Shown here: piece by piece, positions 19,559 through 28,147 of the stretch
How the letters are laid out: every line of letters begins with the position of its first letter
Numbering within the stretch: the first letter of the stretch is position 1
Source: Nitrospina watsonii
GTDB lineage: Bacteria > Nitrospinota > Nitrospinia > Nitrospinales > Nitrospinaceae
DNA: 64,000 nt
Reading direction: 5' to 3'
NCBI RefSeq assembly: GCF_946900835.1
Contig: NZ_OX336137.1
Location: 1,228,213 to 1,292,212, forward strand
The notes under the pieces: generated by a model
Told to the model about the DNA's origin: nothing
Seen by the model: the letters and a program-made list of their open reading frames with translations, nothing else
Databases searched by the model: none
Translations under genes and position numbers: made by a program

Positions 19559-20715
19559 TGGATTGCCTGTACGACCTTTTTCGCGGCATCTTTCATACCA
19601 TTGCCGACGATGAAGTTGATTTCGGATTCTTCAAGAATGCGGTGGCCTTCTTCCATGTTGGTGCCTTCCATGCGGATGACAACCGGAATAGTCACACTCA
19701 ATTTTTTCGCCGCCGCGACCACGCCTTTGGCGAGGATGTCGCAGCGCAGAATGCCACCGAATATATTAATGAAAATGGCTTTTACTTTGTTGTCAGAGAG
19801 GAGAATGCGGAATGCGTTTTCGATCATCTCCTCGTTGGCGCCGCCGCCGACATCCAGAAAGTTGGCGGGCTCGCCTCCACTGTGCTTGACGATATCCATC
19901 GTCGCCATCGCCAGTCCGGCGCCGTTCACCATGCAGCCGATGTTGCCATCGAGCTGAATGTAGTTGAGGTGGAACTTGGAGGCTTCGATCTCGTTGGGGT
20001 CTTCCTCGTCGAGGTCGCGCATCTCCTGTATGTCGGGATGCCGGCCCAGCGCGTTGTCGTCCACATCGATCTTGGCGTCGAGCGCCAAAAGACGGTTGTC
20101 GCCGGTGACCACCAGCGGGTTGATCTCCAGCATCGACAGGTCTTCCTTCACGAAGCACTGATACAGATTGATGATGAAGGGAATGGCCTGCTTGAAGACG
20201 TCGCCTTCCAGGTTCAGGGCGAACGCCAGTTTGCGTGCGAGATAGGGTTTGACGCCGATGACGGGATCGACGCGTTCGGTGATGATTTTTTCCGGCGTGG
20301 CTTCGGCCACTTCCTCGATTTCCATGCCACCGGCCTCACTGGCCATGATCATGACCTGGCTGGTCTCGCGGTCGAGGATGAGGCTCAGATACAATTCGCG
20401 GACGATGTCCATCCCCTCTTCGATCAGAACCTTTTTCACCAGCCGTCCTTCCGGGCCGGTCTGGTGCGTGACCAACTGCATACCGATGATATCTCCGGCG
20501 TGCTTCTCGGCTTCCTCCGGGCTTTTGGCCAGTTTCACGCCGCCACCCTTGCCACGGCCGCCGGCATGGATCTGCGCCTTGACCACAACGGGGGTGGTGC
20601 CGATCTTCTTCGCGGCGGCTGCCGCTTCGGATTTGTCGTGAACCAGGATGCCGTTGGGTACCGGGACCTTGTATTTTTTGAAGAGCTGTTTGCCCTGATA
20701 TTCGTGAATTTTCAT
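19555..20715 (-). CDS. sucC: Succinyl-CoA synthetase beta subunit
   Basis: 386 aa, ATP-grasp N-terminus [12 protein letters not shown]. Overlaps sucD by 4 bp. Confidence 0.95.
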   Translation of the reverse strand: MKIHEYQGKQLFKKYKVPVPNGILVHDKSEAAAAAKKIGTTPVVVKAQIHAGGRGKGGGVKLAKSPEEAEKHAGDIIGMQLVTHQTGPEGRLVKKVLIEEGMDIVRELYLSLILDRETSQVMIMASEAGGMEIEEVAEATPEKIITERVDPVIGVKPYLARKLAFALNLEGDVFKQAIPFIINLYQCFVKEDLSMLEINPLVVTGDNRLLALDAKIDVDDNALGRHPDIQEMRDLDEEDPNEIEASKFHLNYIQLDGNIGCMVNGAGLAMATMDIVKHSGGEPANFLDVGGGANEEMIENAFRILLSDNKVKAIFINIFGGILRCDILAKGVVAAAKKLSVTIPVVIRMEGTNMEEGHRILEESEINFIVGNGMKDAAKKVVQAIQ

Positions 20716-20942
20716 GGTTCGAATTGAAAGAATTTAATAGGTAACCAAATGTGGGAGATGCTTTGTACCACAGGTTTTAACAGGTTGTCAAAAAAATAAG
20801 AGGGAAAGGAATGGGGGGCATAAAACGGCGGACGTGGGGTGCCGGGAAACACAGGCCCGTACGGGCGGGCGATTTTTGCACGGTAAGCGGTTGTGAAGAA
20901 AAAATGGGGAGGGCGGCGCGCTGGTTTTTATTTTTTAATGAG

Positions 20943-21374
20943 TCAACACCGGGCCACGAAGCCGGAGTTCGGGCTGGAGTGGGTACTGGATTCGGCTTCT
21001 TCCGCGGCGTTGAAGATCTGGTCCCAGGCTTCGCGCAGCGGTGTCATCACACGCAGGACCGCCTGCAGGGAGGCCTTGTCGTTTTTGATGTTGGCCAGGG
21101 TCAACTGGCGCAGCACAAACTGGTACAGCCGTTCCAGATTGCGGCACACCTCACCGCCCTTGTCGGTGTCGAGCGCCACCATCAACTCGTTGACGATGTC
21201 CCGCGACTTCTGGATGTACACACTCTTGTGAGCGACATCGTTCTGGTCCAGAGAATCCATCGCCATGGTGACAAACCGGATGGCTCCATCGTACATCATG
21301 AGAATCAGCTTGCCCTGGTTGGAGGTCGAGACCTCATTGATCCGGTATTCCTTGTGTCCCTGTGTCTGTCCCAT
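20943..21374 (-). CDS. fliS: Flagellar export chaperone FliS
   Basis: 143 aa with LILMMYDGAIRFV, a typical FliS helix. Confidence 0.85.
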   Translation of the reverse strand: MGQTQGHKEYRINEVSTSNQGKLILMMYDGAIRFVTMAMDSLDQNDVAHKSVYIQKSRDIVNELMVALDTDKGGEVCRNLERLYQFVLRQLTLANIKNDKASLQAVLRVMTPLREAWDQIFNAAEEAESSTHSSPNSGFVARC

Positions 21375-21419
21375 ATGTGCGCTCTCCTGTGAGTCTTCCG
21401 TGTGGCCGTGTTCGCAGAT

Positions 21420-23033
21420 TTATTTCTTGAGCAGTCCTGACAAATTGGATAAGGACGACTCCACCGCTTTTCGTTGCGCGTCGAGTTGACCCAGAATCAC
21501 TTCCAATTGGATAAACTGATTACGAATCCGGTCCTCAAACAATTTCAGCCGGTCATCCAGCCGGAGAATGACTTCATTGAGGTCCTCGATTTGTTCCGTG
21601 GTGGTGTTGATGTCACCCATCAACGGGCCGTTCTGCGTGGTGTCCGTGTTGAATGTCAGCACCCGGTCCAGTTTCTCCGCCACGCCGATGGAAACAGCGA
21701 TCGTCCCCTTGCTGCCGTTGCTGGCCAGTTCCGAGGAATCGATGCTGAACACCAGACCCTCGGCGCTGGTTCCCGCCGCGCCGATGAAGGTGCTGCCCGG
21801 ACCCTGCACGGCCGCAGTGAAACTGGCTTCGCCCACCTTGCGCAATTCCGGAACGCCGCCGGTGACCTGAAGCTCAAACGTGCCTTGCTCGGTTTTGCTG
21901 TTGGCGTTCAGGAAATCGACATTGGCGTCGGTGGCGGAACCGGAGGTGATGAACAGGTTGGCCACGCCTTCCGGATCGCTCACCAAGGCCGAGCTCAACT
22001 TGGCGCTGTCCAGCACCAACGTGCCGTCGTCCTGGGTGCTGATGCCGATTTGCGACAGGAAGCTGAACGAACTGCTCAACCCGGTCACCTGGCTCGAAAC
22101 CAGGTTGCTGAGGGTTTCTTCCAGGTTGCGCACCGAGAACTGGCCGAACAGCGGGCCGGACTCCAGCGTGTCGCTGTCGAAAAACGCCTGCTCGTCAATG
22201 AAAGTTTGCACCTCGTTGAACTGCTTGACGAAATCCTCGATCTTGGTGCGGATGTTGTCGGTGTCGATGCTGATGTTGATGGTGCCGGAACCCAGCGCGT
22301 CCAGGCTCAGCGTCGTGCCGGTGATGACGTCGTTGACGGTATTGGTGGAACGGGTGTAGCTGATGCTGTCGAGAGTGAACGTCGAATCCTGCGCCGTTTG
22401 AATGCTGGTGAAAAACTGGTCCGTTCCGCCTTCAAAATAACGGGCCGTCACATCCTGGCTGGAGCCGGTCTGGTTGCCCTCGATCACAATGCTGATGGGA
22501 GTGGCCGAACCGTCATCCACCACCTTGGCGGTGACATCCGCCGCTGAGGCGTTGATCAGGTCCACAATCTCCTGCACGGTTTCGTCGCCGCCGACGGTGA
22601 TATCGGTTACGGTGCTTCCGACTGTGATCCGGAAAAATTCGCCGTCCAGGCCCGGGTTGTAAGTATCCGTCGCTGCACTGAACCGGTCGTCGGACTGCAC
22701 AATCCCCGTCTGCGCCAGCTGGGTGACGTTGATGTCGAACGCGCCGGTGGGCGAGTTCACGCTGGTGTTGACGCCGACTTTGGCGGTGGAGGTGTCGCCC
22801 AGGAAATCGCCAACCTTGTTCAGCATGCGGTCGCGAATGTCCATGGTCCGCACCAGGCTCTTGAACGATCCAGCCAGCGTGCGCAACTCCTTGAACAGGT
22901 CGAGCTTGTCGATCTGCAACTCGCGTTCGGACACCTTCGCTTCCAGAGGACGCTGCTGCAGAGCGATCAGTTGCTCGACGACTTCCGAGGTGTTGAAGCC
23001 GGATTGAAGGCCAAATATGGATGTGATTGCCAT
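21420..23033 (-). CDS. fliD: Flagellar filament cap protein FliD
   Basis: Start at MAITSIFGL. Conserved FliD N-terminal and C-terminal coiled-coil segments (DRLKLFEDRIRNQFIQLE...). The ORF extends upstream to 23336. Confidence 0.85.
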   Translation of the reverse strand: MAITSIFGLQSGFNTSEVVEQLIALQQRPLEAKVSERELQIDKLDLFKELRTLAGSFKSLVRTMDIRDRMLNKVGDFLGDTSTAKVGVNTSVNSPTGAFDINVTQLAQTGIVQSDDRFSAATDTYNPGLDGEFFRITVGSTVTDITVGGDETVQEIVDLINASAADVTAKVVDDGSATPISIVIEGNQTGSSQDVTARYFEGGTDQFFTSIQTAQDSTFTLDSISYTRSTNTVNDVITGTTLSLDALGSGTINISIDTDNIRTKIEDFVKQFNEVQTFIDEQAFFDSDTLESGPLFGQFSVRNLEETLSNLVSSQVTGLSSSFSFLSQIGISTQDDGTLVLDSAKLSSALVSDPEGVANLFITSGSATDANVDFLNANSKTEQGTFELQVTGGVPELRKVGEASFTAAVQGPGSTFIGAAGTSAEGLVFSIDSSELASNGSKGTIAVSIGVAEKLDRVLTFNTDTTQNGPLMGDINTTTEQIEDLNEVILRLDDRLKLFEDRIRNQFIQLEVILGQLDAQRKAVESSLSNLSGLLKK

Positions 23034-23180
23034 GATGATGTTTCCCAATTGGACCGTTGCGTTGCCGCTGACCGGTCCCCCCTTCAGAGAAGGGGGAGCC
23101 CATCGGCTTGCGCCCATGGACCATCGTTCGCTCACAGAGCATCCGCCCGTTTGCCGCGGGCCACGCCCGCTCCTGATGAT

Positions 23181-23210
23181 CTTATCGGCCTTAAAATATG
23201 CGGACTTTAG
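23181..23210 (-). promoter_or_regulatory. Sigma-28 (FliA)-type promoter for fliD-fliS
   Basis: Minus strand reads TAAAG-N16-GCCGATAA (consensus TAAA-N15-GCCGATAA), about 150 bp upstream of the fliD start. Confidence 0.45.
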
Positions 23211-23337
23211 GAAAAAACAGGGCGGCCCCTGCCCTCTGCCTGAAGAACTTGCGTGGCAGGGGGCAGGGCATTGAAATTGCTGGGTTTGGGTATCGGGGCT
23301 TGAATCGGCTGCCGGGAAAGTGATATAAGGCCCCACT

Positions 23338-24027
23338 ATGCCCGATCAACTCGACCTGTTTTCCCAGCCGCCGGTGGAAGAGCCGGTAAAGCCCCAAAAA
23401 CCAAAGGATTTGGGGCCGCGTATCCTGTATTTCGACCTGGAGACGCAGAAGAGCGCCGATGAAGTGGGCGGCTGGGGCAATATCAAGGACATGCTGATGG
23501 CCGTCGGCGTCGTCTGGGACAGCCACGACCCGAAACACCACGTTTATTACGGCGAGCCGGACAAGAAGGACGGGCCGGGCTACACCGATCTCATCGACCA
23601 CCTCAAGTCCGCCGATCTGGTGGTCGGTTTCAACGTCATCGGCTTCGACTACACCGTCATCCAGGGCGCCGCCAGCCAGCGGCACATCGACTTGCTCGAC
23701 ATCCCCACCTTCGACATGCTCGTCGATTTCACCCAGAAAAAGAACCACCGCATCAAGCTCGACAACCTCGCCGGCTGCACGCTGGGCACGAAGAAGTCCG
23801 CCGACGGATTGATTTCACTGCAATGGTGGAAGGAATACCTGGGCGGGGACAAGATAAAGCTCGACCAGATCGTCGAGTACTGCAAGCAGGACGTCAACGT
23901 GACGCGTGACCTGTTCTTATTCGGCAAGGACCACGGCTACGTCGAGTACGACGGCCGCAGCGGCCAGCGCCTGCGCCTGAACGTGGACTGGACCGTCGAA
24001 ACCATCCTCAAATCCCCACATCGGTAA
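23338..24027 (+). CDS. PolB-type DEDDy 3'-5' exonuclease (COG3298-like)
   Basis: 229 aa. ExoI YFDLET, ExoII FNVIGFD and ExoIII YCKQDVNVTRD (YxxxD) motifs. Confidence 0.7.
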   Translation: MPDQLDLFSQPPVEEPVKPQKPKDLGPRILYFDLETQKSADEVGGWGNIKDMLMAVGVVWDSHDPKHHVYYGEPDKKDGPGYTDLIDHLKSADLVVGFNVIGFDYTVIQGAASQRHIDLLDIPTFDMLVDFTQKKNHRIKLDNLAGCTLGTKKSADGLISLQWWKEYLGGDKIKLDQIVEYCKQDVNVTRDLFLFGKDHGYVEYDGRSGQRLRLNVDWTVETILKSPHR

Positions 24028-24030
24028 ATA
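23977..24030. repeat. 54-bp perfect direct repeat, copy 1 (3' end of the exonuclease gene)
   Basis: Identical to 24917-24970. Verified base by base. Confidence 0.9.
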
Positions 24031-24094
24031 CGCGCACATCATTGCGGGAAGAAGAAGGGCTTATGGTCCGTGAGGGAAGAATCATAAGGTCCCT

Positions 24095-24250
24095 TTCCCC
24101 CCTCCCCTGTACCAAGGGGAGGGTCGGGGTGGGGTTTTGGAGTGCAACCCGTGTTCACGGGTTGCGACCACCAATACCTCCCCTCAATCCCCTCCTTGGA
24201 AAGGAGGGGAGATGATGGGGTCTCGCCGGAAGACGGTAGGCCGTCCTTGA
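24095..24250. repeat. Cluster of GC-rich REP-like hairpins
   Basis: Three hairpins here: CCCTCCCCT-GTACCA-AGGGGAGGG, GCAACCCGTG-TT-CACGGGTTGC and CCCCTCCTT-GGA-AAGGAGGGG. Related units occur at 26421-26530 and 53717-53789. Confidence 0.6.
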
Positions 24251-24373
24251 ATTTTGATTTCCCCGCGGCTTGAGTCTAAAATAGCGTGGAGTGCATTGAG
24301 AGCCGTCCGCCCGGCAAAGCCGGTTGAGGACATAATTAATGAGACCCTTGCGTAAGTGGGATTAAACCAAAAA

Positions 24374-24548
24374 CATAGATTCTTCGCTGACGCTCAGAAT
24401 GACAATTCAGGCTCCAGCATGTCATTCTGAGAAGCCGGGCCACGCCCGGAGGAGACAAGTGGCTTTTGGATTGGCTGACAACCCATCATTCGCCCTAATA
24501 GCAGAACCCTATTCCTCTCCCTGTAAGGGAGGCGACGAAGAATCTATG
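24374..24548. mobile_element. MITE-like element or structured RNA with 13-bp terminal inverted repeats
   Basis: CATAGATTCTTCG at 24374-24386 and CGAAGAATCTATG at 24536-24548. Internal hairpins include a perfect 12-bp stem (24393-24431), CCGGGC-CAC-GCCCGG, and CTCCC-TGTAA-GGGAG. Confidence 0.35.
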
Positions 24549-24604
24549 GGTTCACTCTTTTTAAGGCTTATGCGAAGCTCTCATTATTGATTGGAGATCG
24601 ATTC

Positions 24605-24835
24605 ATGAAACGCAATGTGATTCAGATCATTCTTTATCCGGGAGATCAAAGCGGCTATGTCGCCGAATGCGTCGGCCTGCCGGTCATCACCCAGGGGAGC
24701 ACGATCGACGAGACGGTGAAGAACATGCAGGAGGCGCTGGCTTTGCACCTCGACGGGGAGAACCTGGAAGAGTTGGAACTGTCACCCAATGCCCCCATCA
24801 TTGTGAGCATGGAGCTGCAACCGATTCATGGTTAA
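24605..24835 (+). CDS. hicB: HicB-family antitoxin (UPF0150)
   Basis: YPGDQSGYVAECVGLPVITQGSTIDETVKNMQEALALHLDGE, typical HicB RNase H-like fold signature. The ORF begins at 24587. Confidence 0.7.
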   Translation: MKRNVIQIILYPGDQSGYVAECVGLPVITQGSTIDETVKNMQEALALHLDGENLEELELSPNAPIIVSMELQPIHG

Positions 24836-24920
24836 ACTGCGCCGCCTGTCCGGAGGGCAAGTGGTAGCGATCCTGGAGAACTTCGGGTTTTCTCCAATCG
24901 GGCAAAAGGGAAGCATCTGA
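24828..24920 (+). pseudogene. hicA: HicA toxin, truncated after 30 codons
   Basis: Translates to MVKLRRLSGGQVVAILENFGFSPIGQKGSI*, which stops just before the conserved GSH catalytic region. The TGA stop lies inside the 54-bp repeat copy 2. Confidence 0.55.
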
Positions 24921-24970
24921 ACGTGGACTGGACCGTCGAAACCATCCTCAAATCCCCACATCGGTAAATA
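24917..24970. repeat. 54-bp perfect direct repeat, copy 2
   Basis: Identical to 23977-24030. Confidence 0.9.
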
Positions 24971-24978
24971 AAAGTTTG

Positions 24979-25362
24979 CTAGTACATATGTGTTCTGCCT
25001 AGTAGATATATCTTGGTTTGTTTGGCGGGCATTTTGTTGTATTCACGACATTCTGATTGTCCGCCTTCAAAAATATATCCCTGCTTTCCAAATCGGTTCA
25101 AAATCTGAATTTCAGAAACTCCTTTTAGACCCTTAGGCTTTTTTATTATTCCGGTACAAATTCCACCAATCATGGCTTGATATATTGTTTCTGTGACTCG
25201 CCGCTCTTTAGAGATGATTTCAACAATTCCTTGTTTGTGATTTACGGATTTTGGTTGCCACAGTTTCAGACTATTTAAAATCTGCGTTGAAACGGAGTCG
25301 GCATATACAGGAGTTATAAAAAAGAGAGATATTAATAAGATTTTCGGAAGAGTTCTTATCAA
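24979..25362 (-). CDS. Small secreted hypothetical protein (low-GC; TTG start overlapping the MoxR stop)
   Basis: 127 aa. Signal peptide ILLISLFFITPVYA-DS. GAGGTG RBS inside the MoxR 3' end. Local GC is about 38%. Confidence 0.45.
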   Translation of the reverse strand: MIRTLPKILLISLFFITPVYADSVSTQILNSLKLWQPKSVNHKQGIVEIISKERRVTETIYQAMIGGICTGIIKKPKGLKGVSEIQILNRFGKQGYIFEGGQSECREYNKMPAKQTKIYLLGRTHMY

Positions 25363-26354
25363 ACCTTCACCTCAGCGAGTAGCTTGTCGATGATGTCCTG
25401 GGTTTTGATGTTTTCGGCTTCGGCTTTGAAGTTGAGCAGGATGCGGTGTTCCAGCACCTGCTGGCTGACGCTTTTGATGTCGTCGATGGTGACGGCGACG
25501 CGGTTGTCCATCAGCGCCCGCGCCTTGGCGGCCAGCACCAGGTACTGACTGGCGCGCGGCCCCGCCCCCCAACTGACCCACTCGGTGACGAATCCCGGCG
25601 TCGTGCCGTTCCCCGGTCGTGACGCCCTAACCAAATCCACCGCATACCGCGCGACGTGATCCGACACCGGCACCTTCGGCACCAGCTTCTGCAAGGCCAG
25701 AATGCGGTCGGCCTCCATCACCACCTCCAGTTCCGGCTTCACGCCCGACGTGGTGGACAGCGCGATCTGCACCTCCTGCTCCTTGGTCGGGTAATCGACG
25801 TTGATGATGAACATGAAGCGGTCGAGCTGCGCCTCGGGCAGGGGATAGGTGCCCTCGTGTTCGATGGGGTTCTGCGTGGCGAACACGAGGAACGGCGGCT
25901 CGAGGTGATACGTGTTCGAGCCCACCGTCACCTGGTGTTCCTGCATGGCCTGCAACAGCGCCGCCTGCGTTTTCGGCGGGGTGCGGTTGATCTCGTCGGC
26001 CAAAATGATGTTGGCGAAGATGGGGCCGCGGATGAAGCGGAACTCGCGTTTGTTCGTCGCCTGGTCCTCGTACAGGATCTCGGTGCCGGTGATGTCCGAC
26101 GGCATGAGGTCGGGCGTGAACTGGATGCGGCTGAACTTGAGGTTGAGGACTTTCGCCAGCGAGCTGACGAGCAGCGTCTTGGCCAGCCCCGGCACGCCGA
26201 CGAACAGGCAGTGCCCGCGCGAGAACAGGGCGACCAGGAGGTCTTCGATGACGGCGTCCTGGCCGATGATGACCTTGCGGATTTCTTTCAGGACGTTGTT
26301 TTTGGCTTCCAGCAGCTCGCGGGCGAGATCGAGATCGGGCGTCGTTTGGTCCAT
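25359..26354 (-). CDS. MoxR-family AAA+ ATPase
   Basis: 331 aa, Walker A GVPGLAKT, Walker B ILADEINR, typical MoxR size. Confidence 0.9.
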   Translation of the reverse strand: MDQTTPDLDLARELLEAKNNVLKEIRKVIIGQDAVIEDLLVALFSRGHCLFVGVPGLAKTLLVSSLAKVLNLKFSRIQFTPDLMPSDITGTEILYEDQATNKREFRFIRGPIFANIILADEINRTPPKTQAALLQAMQEHQVTVGSNTYHLEPPFLVFATQNPIEHEGTYPLPEAQLDRFMFIINVDYPTKEQEVQIALSTTSGVKPELEVVMEADRILALQKLVPKVPVSDHVARYAVDLVRASRPGNGTTPGFVTEWVSWGAGPRASQYLVLAAKARALMDNRVAVTIDDIKSVSQQVLEHRILLNFKAEAENIKTQDIIDKLLAEVKV

Positions 26355-26420
26355 GTAGGGTCTCTTTGAAGTCAGGGAGTAAAGGGAACTGATCTTATTT
26401 TTTCATATAAGGTGCAGGAA

Positions 26421-26530
26421 GTCACCCTCCACCCCAGCCCGTCACTCTGTGAGTGCTCCCGTCAAGGGAGAGAGGGGGTTTAAAAGATTCCTTCTCCCCT
26501 GGCGGGAGAAGGTCAGGATGAGGGGGGATT
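26421..26530. repeat. REP-like hairpins
   Basis: CTCCC-GTCAA-GGGAG and CCTTCTCCC-CTGGC-GGGAGAAGG. Confidence 0.55.
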
Positions 26531-26569
26531 CATGATTCTTCCGTTTCCAGATGTATGTCCGGCTCATCC

Positions 26570-28147
26570 TCATTTTATCAGAGCCAGCAGGGTTTCCTGA
26601 TGTCCTTTCTTTGCGTTTTCGCCCAGTGCGGCGTAGATGCGGATCAGCCGCTGATGGACCTGCGGATTGAACGGATTGATGCGTTCCGCGCGCTGATAGT
26701 ACTCGCGCGCCGCTTCGTAATCCTTGCGCAGGAACGCCACCTCGCCGAGATTCGTGAGCGTGCTGGGGAACTGCGGATAGTATTCGAGGCTCTGCCGCAG
26801 CAGGGTTTCGGACTCATCGTACTTGCGCGTGATCATGTAGGTGTCGGCCAGCTTGTTGTACAGCACCGGCGACAGCGTGTCCGACTCCGAGATGGCTTTG
26901 CGGTACTCGATGATGGCGGCCTGGATGTGGTCGCGGCTCTTTAAAATGTCGCCCAGCATGGTGAGGTCGCGGGCACGGCGGCTTTCGATGAGGGCGCGTT
27001 CGCCGTCTTCATCCTCGGCGCGGCCGTTGTCGCGTTTGTCCTTGAACTGGAACTTGAGCACCTTGAGGCCGGGGATGCGTCTCAGTTGCTGCGTTTTGAT
27101 ATAAACCTTCCAGTCGTCCTGAAACCGGTCGAGCGTTTTGCCCACCAGTGTCTGCAGCACGTCACCGATGGGGCGGTTGTCTTTCAGGCCCGCCACCAGC
27201 GCTTCCAGTCCTTCGAGGCCTTTCAGGTGCACGAGGTACTGCACCATCGTCGCCACCTCGGCGTAGGCGAGTTGCACGTCCTCGGCGGTTTTGAGTTTGG
27301 CGAGCGACGGCATCATCGCTTCGAAATCGATCAGGTAATCGTTGTCGAGTCCGTTGGCCAGCACCGTTTCCATGATGGGGGTCAGGTGGCGGGGTTCACC
27401 GCGCCAGCGCGTCTCCAGGAATTTGGCGATGCCTTCATGCAGCCACAGCGGCACGTTGTTGTGGCTCTTGCTGCTCAGCAGGAAGTGCACGTACTCGTGG
27501 CTGATGGTGTCCAGCCAGTTGTAGCCGCGCACCAGCGAGCCCGGCGAGATGAGCATCAGCCGGTTGTACTTGCACAGGGCGACGGTGCCGGAGGTCATGA
27601 TGTCCTGCAAAGTGAGCGGCGAGATACGCGAAAACGGTTCGCGGCTGGGATAGATTTCCACCCGCACTTTCTCTTTCGGGTGGTGATCGAGGATGCCGCC
27701 CAGCACGGCGTAGGATTTTTCCAGCGTGTCGAGGGCGTAGTCCACCAGCACCGCATCCGGGCCGTCGGTGTAGCGCAGGATGAAGTGCTCCGATTCGCGG
27801 GTGACCATCCCCTGGGTGGCCTGATGCGTTTCGCGGACGTGGTGTTTGAACTCTTTAACGGTCGGCGCGGAGTCCGCGACTTTTCCGAGAAGGTCGAGCG
27901 CGCGGGCGTAGTCGCCTTGATAAAACACCAGCCGCGCCTGCAGAAACAGCACGTCGCCGGAGTCGGGGTACGTGTCCATCAACGATTGCGTGTGGGCTTC
28001 GGCTTCCTCGAAGCGCCACTGGTCGATGAGCGAATAACCTTTAGTGATATCTTCCTGCAACCCCGCGGTCACTGGAGCGGCAAACAGCGCGCCGCCCAGC
28101 AGAATGACGGCGATGGCAACGGCGATGCGGTGCAGGTGCGTTTTCAT
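26570..28147 (-). CDS. Secreted TPR-repeat protein with HExxH...ExxA (Peptidase_MA_2-like) metallopeptidase motif
   Basis: 525 aa. Signal peptide (AVAIAVILLGGALFAAPVTA). ISHEYVHFLL followed by WLHEGIAKF. TPR-like helices on both sides. Confidence 0.7.
   Translation of the reverse strand: MKTHLHRIAVAIAVILLGGALFAAPVTAGLQEDITKGYSLIDQWRFEEAEAHTQSLMDTYPDSGDVLFLQARLVFYQGDYARALDLLGKVADSAPTVKEFKHHVRETHQATQGMVTRESEHFILRYTDGPDAVLVDYALDTLEKSYAVLGGILDHHPKEKVRVEIYPSREPFSRISPLTLQDIMTSGTVALCKYNRLMLISPGSLVRGYNWLDTISHEYVHFLLSSKSHNNVPLWLHEGIAKFLETRWRGEPRHLTPIMETVLANGLDNDYLIDFEAMMPSLAKLKTAEDVQLAYAEVATMVQYLVHLKGLEGLEALVAGLKDNRPIGDVLQTLVGKTLDRFQDDWKVYIKTQQLRRIPGLKVLKFQFKDKRDNGRAEDEDGERALIESRRARDLTMLGDILKSRDHIQAAIIEYRKAISESDTLSPVLYNKLADTYMITRKYDESETLLRQSLEYYPQFPSTLTNLGEVAFLRKDYEAAREYYQRAERINPFNPQVHQRLIRIYAALGENAKKGHQETLLALIK

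Noticed and set aside
23017-23274. 85-aa ORF in the fliD to exonuclease intergenic region
   Set aside because: It overlaps the fliD start and the sigma-28 promoter region. The region is full of G/C palindromes (CCCCCTTC-AGA-GAAGGGGG; CCCTGCCC..GGGCAGGG), so it is more likely regulatory.
24399-24590. 63-aa ORF upstream of hicB
   Set aside because: It lies entirely within the inverted-repeat and hairpin element, with no RBS and atypical composition.
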